Notes: generated by a model not told the origin, from the sequence alone. DNA of 64,000 nucleotides from a bacterium (GCA_049970495.1 JBMFMV010000002.1:2485-66484); one strand, 5' to 3'. Positions 44,710 through 54,676 are shown, counted from the first letter of the stretch. Numbers and translations: made by a program.

Positions 44710-45720
44710 ATGAAAAAATCGATTTTCAGTTATCTAATTAATAGAATTCTTCTCTATGCATTAATTTTTCTTATCTCTCTAAGTGCTTTCTTCTTCTTTA
44801 TAAATCTTGTTCCCGGAGACCCGGTTACCCGTTACATTCAGATGATGGAACAGAGATATGGACTATCTACCCCAGCCTCTGAGATAGTTATTCAAAAGTA
44901 TAAGGAGGTCTTTGGTCTCAATAAGGGGCTATTCGAAAGATACACTTCCTATCTTTCTAGACTTATATTGCACTTAGACTTTGGCCCATCATTTGTAGCG
45001 TTTCCAAAACCGGCTATTGAACTTATATTAGAGTCTTTACCTTGGTCTATAGGACTTCTAGGAACATCTGTAATAATAGCGTGGGTCTTAGGAGTAATGC
45101 TAGGAACTATTATAGGATGGAAGAGAGAATCCAAGATAAGCTCAATAGTCTTTACTACAGGGCTAGTAATATCTCAGATACCAACGTATCTCTTAGCTAT
45201 AGTCTTAGTCATGATTTTTACCTTCTGGCTAAATCTATTCCCTATGGGCGGAGCTTACTCTGCTATGCTACAGCGTAGTTTTAGTTTACGATTCATACTT
45301 AGCCTTATAAAACATGCATTTCTACCATCTATGTCTCTTGTCTTTGTCTATGTCTTTGGAACAATGATATCTCAAAGGGCATTAGTAATAAATGTCTTAG
45401 GAGAAGATTATATAAAGCTTGCGGAGGCTAAAGGATTAAAAAGTTCTCGTCTAGTGAATAGATATATATTGAGGAACACATTATTACCCCAGACTACAGG
45501 GCTTGCTTTAAGTTTAGGTTTTATTGTGAATGGATTCTTCCTGATAGAATGGATATTTAACTATCCTGGAATTGGAAGGCTATTTATGATGGCGATAAGA
45601 GAGATGGACTATAATGTCCTTATGGGAATCACAATTACTACTATGTTCTGTGTTCTTACAGCAAATCTTATTATAGAATTCCTGTACCCATTAATTGATC
45701 CAAGGATAAGGAGAGGATAA
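44710..45720 (+). CDS. ABC transporter permease (DppB/OppB-like).
   Basis: 336 aa. It has the BPD_transp_1 fold, with the EAA-like region KLAEAKGLKSSRLVNRYILRN. Confidence 0.85.
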   Translation: MKKSIFSYLINRILLYALIFLISLSAFFFFINLVPGDPVTRYIQMMEQRYGLSTPASEIVIQKYKEVFGLNKGLFERYTSYLSRLILHLDFGPSFVAFPKPAIELILESLPWSIGLLGTSVIIAWVLGVMLGTIIGWKRESKISSIVFTTGLVISQIPTYLLAIVLVMIFTFWLNLFPMGGAYSAMLQRSFSLRFILSLIKHAFLPSMSLVFVYVFGTMISQRALVINVLGEDYIKLAEAKGLKSSRLVNRYILRNTLLPQTTGLALSLGFIVNGFFLIEWIFNYPGIGRLFMMAIREMDYNVLMGITITTMFCVLTANLIIEFLYPLIDPRIRRG

Positions 45721-45721
45721 G

Positions 45722-46588
45722 ATGAAGAGAGTCTTATTAATCTTAAAATATTCCCCTAAACTCACTACTGGAATTATTATAATATTATCTTTAGTGCTTT
45801 TAGCAATTTTAGAACCAACTATAAATTACTACAGACTTGGTGGGAGGTCGTCTACAGAGATTGGTCTATTCGATACATTTCTTCCACCAAGTCGCGAACA
45901 TCCATTTGGGACAGAGGCATATGGTAGGGATGTGTTTTCTCTATTGTTAACAGGTTTAAAGTATTCTCTTCTTATTGGTTTTACTGCAGGTGCCTTAGCT
46001 ACAGCTATCGCTGTAGTTTTGGCATCAATAGCTGGTTATAAAGGAGGAAGAATAGAGGCATTTATAACTACCATAGCTAACGCTATTCTTATTATTCCTT
46101 CATGGCCTATATTGGCTATAATAGTTCTTTTTGTTAGAAAGGTAGATTTGTTTCTACTCTCACTGATACTGGCATTCTTTAGTTGGGCAGGATCTTCTCG
46201 ACAGATAAAGGCTCAGATTGCTAGCTTAAGAGAGAGACCCTACATAGATCTTGCCAGAGTCACAGGGTTTAGTGATCTAGAGATTATGTTTAAAGAAATA
46301 CTACCAAACTTTCTCCCTTACATCTTTGTTGGTTTTTCCTACGCAGTAACGGGAACAATAATGGCTGAGACCGCCTTAAGGCTTGTTGGTTTAGGACCAG
46401 CAGATATTCCATCTCTAGGACAGTTCATAAATTGGGCAATATATTCAGGAACATTAGCCCAAGGACATTATATAATTGTTATTTCTCCTATAGCATTTCT
46501 TATACTGACATTTGTTTCTTTGAATCTTATAAATGTAGGATTAGACGAAGTATTTAATCCTAGACTCAAACAGGTTACAGGAGTATAA
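45722..46588 (+). CDS. ABC transporter permease (DppC/OppC-like).
   Basis: 288 aa, multi-TM. The DppC-like N-terminal region reads HPFGTEAYGRDVFS. Confidence 0.85.
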   Translation: MKRVLLILKYSPKLTTGIIIILSLVLLAILEPTINYYRLGGRSSTEIGLFDTFLPPSREHPFGTEAYGRDVFSLLLTGLKYSLLIGFTAGALATAIAVVLASIAGYKGGRIEAFITTIANAILIIPSWPILAIIVLFVRKVDLFLLSLILAFFSWAGSSRQIKAQIASLRERPYIDLARVTGFSDLEIMFKEILPNFLPYIFVGFSYAVTGTIMAETALRLVGLGPADIPSLGQFINWAIYSGTLAQGHYIIVISPIAFLILTFVSLNLINVGLDEVFNPRLKQVTGV

Positions 46589-46589
46589 A

Positions 46590-47546
46590 ATGAATACGAT
46601 ACTTGAAGTGGAAAATTTAAAGGTGTATTTCAAAACAATTCTTGGTGATGCAAAATCGGTTGATGGGGTATCCCTGAAAGTATTTGAAGGGGAGATCTTA
46701 GGTATAGCTGGGGAATCAGGATGTGGTAAGTCTACTCTAGTGGAGGGGGTATTAAAGATCTATAAACCTCCATGCTATATACCTGAAGGTAAAGTCTATT
46801 ATAAAGGTATGGATCTATTAAACCTCCCAGAAGAAGAGTTTAGAAAACTAAGGTGGAAAGAATTGTCTTATGTTCCTCAGGGTTCTATGAATTCATTGAA
46901 TCCTGTTATAAAAATTGAAGAGCAGATGATAGATGGTATTATGTCACACACTGATATCTCATACCGTGAGGCTAAAGAATTAGCACTATCTGCTCTTAAT
47001 TCTGTAGGTATGCCGCCTGATGTATTGGAGATGTATCCTCATGAACTAAGTGGAGGTATGAGACAGCGTGTCTGTATTGCTATGAGCATATGCTTAAATC
47101 CTAAGATAGTATTTGCTGACGAACCAATAACTGGCTTAGATGTCGTAATGCAGAAGTTAAATCTACAGACCTTAGGAGATTTGAGAGATAGATTTGGTAT
47201 AACTGTTGTAATGGTTGCACATGATATGGCTTGTCATGCAGAGATATGTGATAGGATATGCATTATGTATGCTGGGAAAATATTAGAGATTGGATCTACC
47301 TTCGATATATTTTCTGATCCTCTCCATCCATATACCAAGGGACTCTTATCTGCAGTACCTTCTTTAGAGAAGAAGGATCTAAAAGGCATTCCTGGTCTTG
47401 CACCAAGTCCCCTAGAATGGCCTAGTGGCTGTAGATTTCATCCTAGATGCTCATACAGGATGAAGATATGTGAGGAAAAAGAACCTATTCTAAAAGAAAT
47501 TCAGCCCGGTCGTTCTGTAGCTTGTTTTCTTTATGGAGGAGAATAA
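46590..47546 (+). CDS. ABC transporter ATP-binding protein (DppD/OppD-like).
   Basis: 318 aa. Walker A is GESGCGKST and the signature is LSGGMRQRV. The C-terminal Cys-containing oligopeptide-type extension is present. Confidence 0.85.
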   Translation: MNTILEVENLKVYFKTILGDAKSVDGVSLKVFEGEILGIAGESGCGKSTLVEGVLKIYKPPCYIPEGKVYYKGMDLLNLPEEEFRKLRWKELSYVPQGSMNSLNPVIKIEEQMIDGIMSHTDISYREAKELALSALNSVGMPPDVLEMYPHELSGGMRQRVCIAMSICLNPKIVFADEPITGLDVVMQKLNLQTLGDLRDRFGITVVMVAHDMACHAEICDRICIMYAGKILEIGSTFDIFSDPLHPYTKGLLSAVPSLEKKDLKGIPGLAPSPLEWPSGCRFHPRCSYRMKICEEKEPILKEIQPGRSVACFLYGGE

Positions 47547-48524
47547 ATGAACGATGGTCTATTAACATTTCAAAATGTTTCTAAGGTTTTTAGAAGGGTG
47601 GGTTTTGGTTTTTTAGGTAGAGCTACAGTTCAGGCTCTTAAGGATGTTTCTTTCTCTTTAAGTCTAGAACCAGAAGTTCTAGCTTTGGTAGGAGAAAGCG
47701 GAAGTGGAAAGAGCACCATATGTAGGCTTATTCTGGGTTTAGAAGAGCCTACTTCTGGAGAGATACTCTATAAGGGTAGGGGTATTTCTGATTGGTTAAA
47801 GAATAGTAAGAAGGAATACATAAGAGAGGTACAGATCATATTCCAAGACCCATATGAAGTTTACAATCCTTTCTACAGGGTAGATAGGGTCTTATGGATG
47901 GCCATCAAAAAATTCAATATTGCATCTGATAATGAGGCTGAAAGACTCATCTATGAGAGTTTAGAGGCGGTGGGCTTAAGGCCTAGAGAAATATTAGGGA
48001 GATATCCTCACCAATTAAGTGGTGGAGAAAGACAGAGGATTATGCTCTCTAGAATTTACCTCATAAAGCCTAGATTACTGGTGGCGGATGAACCTGTTTC
48101 TATGCTAGATGCTTCCTTAAGGGCTATATTCTTAGACCATTTGAGAGAATTTAAAAAACTAGGGATAAGCTCCCTCTATATAACTCACGATTTGAATACT
48201 GCCTATTATATAGCTGATAGAATAATGATCATCTACTCTGGAAGGATCCTTGAGAGGGGACCAACAGAGGATGTTATAAAAGACCCGTTGCATCCATATA
48301 CTAAGATGCTGATAACTTCTATTCCCGTGCCCGATCCAAACAAGAGGTGGCAAGACAGAGTAGTAATTGATATAGCAAAACTACAAAAGGTATCTGGAAG
48401 AGAGTCTATAGATGGCTGTCCATTCTATAATAGATGCCAATTCGCAATGGATAAATGTGAAAGTAACTTTCCGCCAATAAGGAGAATTAATAATCAGGAA
48501 GTTAACTGTTTTCTCTACGAATAG
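47547..48524 (+). CDS. ABC transporter ATP-binding protein (DppF/OppF-like).
   Basis: 325 aa. Walker A is GESGSGKST and the signature is LSGGERQRI. The C-terminal extension is present. Confidence 0.85.
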   Translation: MNDGLLTFQNVSKVFRRVGFGFLGRATVQALKDVSFSLSLEPEVLALVGESGSGKSTICRLILGLEEPTSGEILYKGRGISDWLKNSKKEYIREVQIIFQDPYEVYNPFYRVDRVLWMAIKKFNIASDNEAERLIYESLEAVGLRPREILGRYPHQLSGGERQRIMLSRIYLIKPRLLVADEPVSMLDASLRAIFLDHLREFKKLGISSLYITHDLNTAYYIADRIMIIYSGRILERGPTEDVIKDPLHPYTKMLITSIPVPDPNKRWQDRVVIDIAKLQKVSGRESIDGCPFYNRCQFAMDKCESNFPPIRRINNQEVNCFLYE

Positions 48525-48533
48525 GAGGTTTTT

Positions 48534-49604
48534 ATGAATAGAAAGTGGCGTATAGCTGTTGTTGGTTGTGGACTTATAGCAAACTCCAATTATCTGCCGG
48601 AAGTCAAAAATATGCCTAATGCAGAGATAGTTGCAGTTTGTGATATTATCCCAGAGAGGGCAAAGCAGAGTGCAGAGAAATTTGGTATTCCTAGATATTA
48701 TGTGCATATAGATGACTTACTGAAAGATTGTGATTTTGAAATCTTGCTAGACCTTACATCTATAGATGCTCATTTTGAAATTAATCTCAAGGCTCTTCAG
48801 GCAGGAAAACATCTGTACTCTCAGAAACCTATAGCCACTACTGTAGAGGAGGTTAAAATCCTTATTGAAGAGGCTAAGAAGAGAAATCTTAAGATAAGTG
48901 CATCTCCAATACATATGTTACGTCCAGACATACAAGAAGCTAGAAGATTAATAAAAGAGGGGATTATAGGAAAGGTGTCTTTTATTAGATGCTCCTCATC
49001 CCATGGAGGGCCAGAGTATTTCCAATTTCGTGATGTAGACCCAAGCTGGTTCTATAAACCAGGAATAGGACCCCTCCTAGACTTAGGAGTTCATGGGCTT
49101 CATCAGGTAACAGGACTCTTAGGACCAGCTAAGAGAGTTGCTTGTTTCTCTGGCATCTCGGAGAAGAAGCGCATCGTTCGTACAGGTGCTTTTGATGGAA
49201 AAGAGATAGAGCCTCTAGTTGATGATAATACTCTAATCCTTTTAGATTTTGGAGAGGCAACATTTGCCTTCGTAGATGCTACATACTGTGTAAAATCAAC
49301 AAAAGCGCCATATATGGAAATTTACGGATCAAAAGGGACAATAACTTTTACCCGTGATCCAGAGAAGCCGATAATGTTATTCTTAGATGAAAGGGAAAAG
49401 GGTATCAGGGGTTGGACAGAGCCTATATACTATTGGCAGAGAGTTCAGCAATCTTGTGGGGTAAAAGACTTAATAGAAGCATTAGAGGAGAATAGAGAAC
49501 CGGTTCTTACTCCTCAACATGCCCTTCATGTTATTGAGATAATGGAAAAGGCTTATATCTCCGCTAAGGAGGGAAAAGCTATAGAATTAGAAACAATATT
49601 TTAG
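48534..49604 (+). CDS. Gfo/Idh/MocA family oxidoreductase.
   Basis: 356 aa. The Rossmann N-terminus reads WRIAVVGCGLIANSNY. The C-terminal GFO_IDH_MocA domain follows. Confidence 0.85.
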   Translation: MNRKWRIAVVGCGLIANSNYLPEVKNMPNAEIVAVCDIIPERAKQSAEKFGIPRYYVHIDDLLKDCDFEILLDLTSIDAHFEINLKALQAGKHLYSQKPIATTVEEVKILIEEAKKRNLKISASPIHMLRPDIQEARRLIKEGIIGKVSFIRCSSSHGGPEYFQFRDVDPSWFYKPGIGPLLDLGVHGLHQVTGLLGPAKRVACFSGISEKKRIVRTGAFDGKEIEPLVDDNTLILLDFGEATFAFVDATYCVKSTKAPYMEIYGSKGTITFTRDPEKPIMLFLDEREKGIRGWTEPIYYWQRVQQSCGVKDLIEALEENREPVLTPQHALHVIEIMEKAYISAKEGKAIELETIF

Positions 49605-49619
49605 AGGAGGTTTACCAGG

Positions 49620-50717
49620 ATGAGCAAGGTTTATCGAATAGGGATAATAGGTTTTGCCCATATGCATATAACTTCATTAATTGATTACTTCTTAGAATTA
49701 TCAAATATTGAATGGGTAGCATGTGCAGATACTATACCAGAAGTTCCTTCTATATCATCTGAACCAGGGACACGTAGGGCTAATCTTCAATATGCAGTAG
49801 AGAAAACAGGTATGAAGGTATACGAAAATTACAGAGAAATGTTAGAAAAAGAGAGTCTTAACATTGTCCTCTTTTGTCCTGAAAATGCCAGGCATGGGGA
49901 GGTGGCAGAAGCTATAGCTAGAAAAAAGGTCCTTATGATGATAACAGAAAAACCTATGGCAAGTAGTCTATCAGAAGCTCTTAGAATGGCTCGGTCTGCC
50001 TATTATAATAGGGTAGAGTTAGTGGTCAACTGGCCAACTACTTGGTCCCCAGCTATAAGAAAGGTAAAAGAGCTTATAGATACGAATGAGATAGGTGCAG
50101 TATGGCAGGTTAAGTGGAGAAATGGAGCTTCAATGGGCCCTTTAGCATACGGGCAGAGGATAACTGATTGGGAAAAGGGACAAGAGTGGTGGCATCAAGA
50201 AAAAACAGGTGGTGGAGCCCTTTTGGACTATTGTTGCTATGGTGCCTGCCTAGCCAGATGGTTTTTAGGGGAGCCTGCGACATCTGCTTTTGGCATTAGG
50301 GCAAACTTTACTAGTCACTACGGAGATGCAGACGATAACGCAGTCATACTTGTAAGGTTTCCTTCTAGCATGGCGATTCTAGAAGCTACTTGGAGTACTG
50401 TAAATACAGGGATACCTAATGGTCCTATAGTATACGGAACAACAGGGACTATTGTTGTCGACCATGGAAGGGTACTGGTCTTTAAAGATAGAAGAAGCAA
50501 AGAACCTACTACTGTCTTCGAAAACCTAACACTTCCTGAGAATAGAGAAACTTTGGCAAAGGAAGTAATACATCATCTAGAGACAGGAGAGCCTTTACAT
50601 CCTACCTTAGATATACCATTAAATCTAGATGCAATGGCTATCTTAGACGCAGGTATACGCTCGGCAAAAAGTGGAAAGATGGAACTGGTGAATAACGTAA
50701 ACTGGTGTATAGGATAA
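49620..50717 (+). CDS. Gfo/Idh/MocA family oxidoreductase (divergent paralog).
   Basis: 365 aa. The N-terminus is YRIGIIGFAHMH, followed by EKP. It is the last gene of the ABC operon. Confidence 0.8.
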   Translation: MSKVYRIGIIGFAHMHITSLIDYFLELSNIEWVACADTIPEVPSISSEPGTRRANLQYAVEKTGMKVYENYREMLEKESLNIVLFCPENARHGEVAEAIARKKVLMMITEKPMASSLSEALRMARSAYYNRVELVVNWPTTWSPAIRKVKELIDTNEIGAVWQVKWRNGASMGPLAYGQRITDWEKGQEWWHQEKTGGGALLDYCCYGACLARWFLGEPATSAFGIRANFTSHYGDADDNAVILVRFPSSMAILEATWSTVNTGIPNGPIVYGTTGTIVVDHGRVLVFKDRRSKEPTTVFENLTLPENRETLAKEVIHHLETGEPLHPTLDIPLNLDAMAILDAGIRSAKSGKMELVNNVNWCIG

Positions 50718-50914
50718 TCAAAAATTAAAAAGAGAAAAATAATTGTCCTAAGACGTTTTCACTCTATACACCTTTAAATAATATTTAACAAAATCTTAAT
50801 TATTCCTTAATATAGTCTTATTTTTTTCTTAACATTCTTCTTTTAATCTATAATTGGATAGTTTAATATTTAACTTAGCAGTCTAGTTATCTCTTAAACC
50901 TCCTCTTCATATAT

Positions 50915-50948
50915 TTGGGCTAGGGGATCCTAGCCCAAAATTTTTATT
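50915..50948 (+). terminator. Rho-independent terminator (palindromic, possibly bidirectional) between convergent operons.
   Basis: TTTGGGCTAGG-GGAT-CCTAGCCCAAAA is followed by TTTTTATT. The hpt stop on the minus strand is at 50944. Confidence 0.55.
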
Positions 50949-51453
50949 CTTCTAAGACAACTATATCCAAAAGATTCCTGTACCTTTCTCTGTAGTCTAG
51001 GCCATAACCAACGACAAATACATCTGGTATCTCAAAACCTCTATAGTCTACAGAGATATCCACTATACGCCTACTAGGACAATCTAAGAGAGTGCATACC
51101 TTAAGAGACGATGGCCCTCTAACCTTTAGATTTCTCAAAAGATATCCAAGCGTCAGACCAGTATCTACTATATCCTCAATAACAATTACATCCTTTCCAT
51201 ATATGTCTACATCTAGGTCTTTTGTTATTCTTACTACACCTGAGGAACTCCCGCTATATTTAGATATAGACATAAAATCTATAATAAAGGGGATGGTAAG
51301 ATGGCGAGTCAAGTCAATGGCAAAGTACACTGCACCCTTTAAGATGCAAATCAAGATAGGTTCTTTTCCCAAATAATCTTCTGATATCTTTCTGCCAAGC
51401 TCTTCTATCCTCTTATTGATATCTTCTCTTGAAATTAGAAGCTTCTCCTTCAT
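50944..51453 (-). CDS. hpt: Hypoxanthine phosphoribosyltransferase.
   Basis: 169 aa, type-I PRTase. The PRPP-binding motif is VIVIEDIVDTGLTL, with LICILKGAVYF nearby. Confidence 0.85.
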   Translation of the reverse strand: MKEKLLISREDINKRIEELGRKISEDYLGKEPILICILKGAVYFAIDLTRHLTIPFIIDFMSISKYSGSSSGVVRITKDLDVDIYGKDVIVIEDIVDTGLTLGYLLRNLKVRGPSSLKVCTLLDCPSRRIVDISVDYRGFEIPDVFVVGYGLDYRERYRNLLDIVVLEE

Positions 51454-52379
51454 ATAAGACCAAACTTACGGAGTATATTTTTGTAGTCTTTGCCATATAT
51501 CATCTTTATATTTACATCAGGATAGAGCTCCTTAAGCCTCTTAATCTTTCTATTTTTATAGTTTACAAGTCTCTGCCTTTGGGTTGTGAGCTCAATATAT
51601 AGGTCAAAATCTGGAAGATAAAAATCCGGAGTAAAGGCAGAGGTTATATTCCCTTCACTATCACACTCAAGGATAAATGTCTTTGGCTCATAAAGCCATC
51701 TTATCCTATAGAAGTCTAAGAGTTTTGCAAATTCTTCTTCAGATGAATGGGCAAAATGCGGTACAGACCCTGTGGCATCCTTAAGGATTTCATGGTCTAC
51801 CTCTATCTTTTCAGAGCCATTCCTTTCTGCGAGCTTTATCGAACGTATTATCATCTTGACTACGTTAGATATGTTAAAATAATCCATGTTTATTACAAGA
51901 CTATAAAGGGATGGGTCATGCCAATCTCCTCCAAATATCTTACTTATATATAGATCTCGTCTACGGTCCTGTTCTGATATAAGTTTTAAAGCGCTAACCT
52001 TGTCTAACTTATACTGAGACATCACTGCTTTTACCCTATTTTCAATAGACCCTATCAGTTTTATATGAAATGCAGAGGGATGACCTTTAAAGAGGAACTG
52101 TCCTCCTCTTCCAAGAAGAACAATAGACCTCTCTTTCGCTAGGTCAAGTATAACCTTGTTCATAAGTTCTATGTATCTCTTTCTTGTCTCATTAAAAGGT
52201 TGTAAAGAGCTCTCTTCTAAAGACTCTAACTGTTCATCGCTTAATCCATATTTGACCATAGCCTCATTAAGATAGCTTTTATTTACAAGGAGAAATTTGA
52301 GACTCTTGGCTAACTTCTCTGCCACCTCTGTACCATTACAACCAAATTCTCTAGATACAGTAATAATTTTTACATCCAT
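51450..52379 (-). CDS. Cytidylate-kinase-like family protein with a C-terminal Vsr/DUF559-like (PD-(D/E)xK-fold) extension.
   Basis: 309 aa. Residues 1-190 are PF13189-like (IITVSREFGCNGTEVAEKLAKSL, with no canonical Walker A). Residues 200-309 read FTPDFYLPDFDLYIELTTQRQRLV...RLKELYPDVNIKMIY. This resembles endonuclease-like DUF559/Vsr domains (D...IE-L/V-, then a basic/GW-like region). It overlaps the hpt start by 4 nt. Confidence 0.5.
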   Translation of the reverse strand: MDVKIITVSREFGCNGTEVAEKLAKSLKFLLVNKSYLNEAMVKYGLSDEQLESLEESSLQPFNETRKRYIELMNKVILDLAKERSIVLLGRGGQFLFKGHPSAFHIKLIGSIENRVKAVMSQYKLDKVSALKLISEQDRRRDLYISKIFGGDWHDPSLYSLVINMDYFNISNVVKMIIRSIKLAERNGSEKIEVDHEILKDATGSVPHFAHSSEEEFAKLLDFYRIRWLYEPKTFILECDSEGNITSAFTPDFYLPDFDLYIELTTQRQRLVNYKNRKIKRLKELYPDVNIKMIYGKDYKNILRKFGLI

Positions 52380-52589
52380 ATCAAGTATATTTTAACAGAA
52401 AATTGGAACCTTTGATACTCTATTGAGTTTGAAGACGTTTTCAGATATAATTATACAGAAAGAATTTAGGAGGAGGTGGTTAGATAGAATAATTGAAAAA
52501 GTTCTATAATCCTAATTTTTATACCAGTTTAGTTATCCCAAAAAGGGAGATGTGGTTCTTATAGTATATAAGAAGGGAGGAGACAGTTT

Positions 52590-54584
52590 ATGAAAAGGTG
52601 TTTTTATGGTTTAATATCTTTAGTTTTAGTAGTTATACTTTTATCTACTGTAATACCTGTGTCTTTTTCTCAGGAAGCTAAATTTCACAAACAGTATAAT
52701 ACCCCCACAGAATACTACAAGGTCACTGGAAAGAAAATAACTAAGTATAGCGAGGCACCTGTGCTTGCAGAGCTGGTAAAACAAGGGAAGCTTCCTCCTG
52801 TTGAAAAGAGACTTCCTAAAGAGCCGATTGTTATCTCACCAGTAGAAGAGATAGGACAGTATGGAGGAAGAGCTAGGGTTATAGGTCCTATAGATGGTTA
52901 TGGAGATACGGAGGCATTTCGTCCCCATGAAGGAATCTTAAGGGTAGGCCCAGATGGTTTTTCTGTAGTACCTAATATAGCAAAGAACTGGAGCTTTTCA
53001 GAAGGTGGTAAAGTTCTTACTATCTACCTTCGTGATGGTATGAAATGGTCTGATGGAGCACCATTTACTGCTGATGACATTATGTTCTGGTATGAGGATG
53101 TCCTATTAAATGATGAGCTTACGCCAGTTAAACCTGTAGAGTGGTCTCCAGGTGGAAAGCTAATGAAACTAGAAAAGATTAACAATTACACAGTCAAAGC
53201 TACTTTTGCTGTCCCTTATCCAGTTGCAATTCTTCATTTAGCACACTCAGCAGGAGTTGCAGGTAGATTCTTCCTACCAAAACATTATCTAAAGAACTTC
53301 CATCCAAAGTATACCCCTATAGATAAACTCTTAGAACAAGCTAAAAAAGAGGGTTTAGATACCTGGTGGAAGCTCTTCCAAAAGTACGGAGATTATTATG
53401 GAGGTAGTGGGATAAGGATAGCCCCTGATGCTCCTACCCTTCAGACTTACTACGTAGAGAAGAAGGGATTAGACTTTGTTGTTCTTAAGAGAAATCCGTA
53501 CTATTGGAAGGTCGATACAGCTGGGAATCAGCTACCCTATATAGACGAGATCTTTGTCACAGATATAAGAAATAAAGAAGTGGCAAATATGAAGATAGCA
53601 GCAGGAGAAGTAGATTTAGCAGAGATAAACACTACTATGGAGGACTATCCGTTCTATATGGAGAATAAGGACAAAGGAGGATATAGAGTTCTTCTCTGGC
53701 AGTCTATAATAGGCGCAGATGTTGCCTATCAGTTAAATCTTACATATAAAGAAGACCCTGTTCTAAGAGATATATTTAGAGATGTAAGATTTAGAAAAGC
53801 CCTATCATTGGCTCTAAATAGAGATGAGATAAACAAGGTTCTTTATCTTGGATTAGGGACTCCAAGACAGGCAACAGTGATACCACAGTCTCCGTACTAC
53901 GAAGAATCCTTTGCTAAAGCTTACATAGAGTATAATCCTAAAGAAGCAAATAGACTTTTAGATGAGATGGGTTTAAAGCGAGGACCGGATGGTTACAGAT
54001 TAAGACCTGATGGAAAGAGGCTTGAGATACTCCTTGAGTATGAAGATGTAGAGACACCAAAAGGAAAGACATCGGAGATGGCTGTCCATTATTGGGATGC
54101 TATAGGAGTAAAGGTAACTGCAAAAGAGATCTCCTCGAGTTTGAAGAGTCAAAGGACTTCTGCTAACCTTATACAGATGGGCCTATGGCATGCAGATAGG
54201 GCAGGATTCTTATTTATTATAGAGCCTTACTATTGGGTTCCTACAGAGGTAAGAAGCGAAGCTCCTTGGTGTGTAGAGTGGGCTAGATGGTTTGCTACAG
54301 GAGGAAAAGCTGGAGAAGAGCCACCTGCAGAGATAAAGAAGATAAGAAGCTATTGGGAAAAGATGAAGTCTGCTATGTATGAAAAAGATAGGATTAAATA
54401 TGCCAAGGAGATACTTAAGTCTAATGCGGAAAATCTATGGACTATTGGAACGATTGGTCTAGCTCCACATCCAGTTGTGGTAAAGAATAACCTGAGAAAT
54501 GTCCCAGAGAAAGGATTGTGGGGCTGGGATTTAAGAAGATTTACTTCATATGCACCTGAGACATTCTTCTTCAAACAGAAGTAA
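52590..54584 (+). CDS. ABC transporter substrate-binding protein, family 5 (large oligosaccharide/peptide-binding type). It is an orphan, with no permease genes adjacent.
   Basis: 664 aa with a signal peptide. It is SBP_bac_5-like. It is monocistronic, lying between a promoter region and a strong terminator. Confidence 0.8.
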   Translation: MKRCFYGLISLVLVVILLSTVIPVSFSQEAKFHKQYNTPTEYYKVTGKKITKYSEAPVLAELVKQGKLPPVEKRLPKEPIVISPVEEIGQYGGRARVIGPIDGYGDTEAFRPHEGILRVGPDGFSVVPNIAKNWSFSEGGKVLTIYLRDGMKWSDGAPFTADDIMFWYEDVLLNDELTPVKPVEWSPGGKLMKLEKINNYTVKATFAVPYPVAILHLAHSAGVAGRFFLPKHYLKNFHPKYTPIDKLLEQAKKEGLDTWWKLFQKYGDYYGGSGIRIAPDAPTLQTYYVEKKGLDFVVLKRNPYYWKVDTAGNQLPYIDEIFVTDIRNKEVANMKIAAGEVDLAEINTTMEDYPFYMENKDKGGYRVLLWQSIIGADVAYQLNLTYKEDPVLRDIFRDVRFRKALSLALNRDEINKVLYLGLGTPRQATVIPQSPYYEESFAKAYIEYNPKEANRLLDEMGLKRGPDGYRLRPDGKRLEILLEYEDVETPKGKTSEMAVHYWDAIGVKVTAKEISSSLKSQRTSANLIQMGLWHADRAGFLFIIEPYYWVPTEVRSEAPWCVEWARWFATGGKAGEEPPAEIKKIRSYWEKMKSAMYEKDRIKYAKEILKSNAENLWTIGTIGLAPHPVVVKNNLRNVPEKGLWGWDLRRFTSYAPETFFFKQK

Positions 54585-54616
54585 TTATAAGAACTAATTA
54601 ACTATTAGCCGGCGGA

Positions 54617-54667
54617 TAACATGTTATAATATCAGTTATCTGCCGGCTTTTATTAATATAGTTAGGA
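54617..54667 (+). terminator. Rho-independent terminator.
   Basis: AGCCGGCGGATAAC ... GTTATCTGCCGGCT forms a 14-bp stem with one G-U pair. TTTTATT follows. Confidence 0.7.
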
Positions 54668-54676
54668 GGAAATTAT

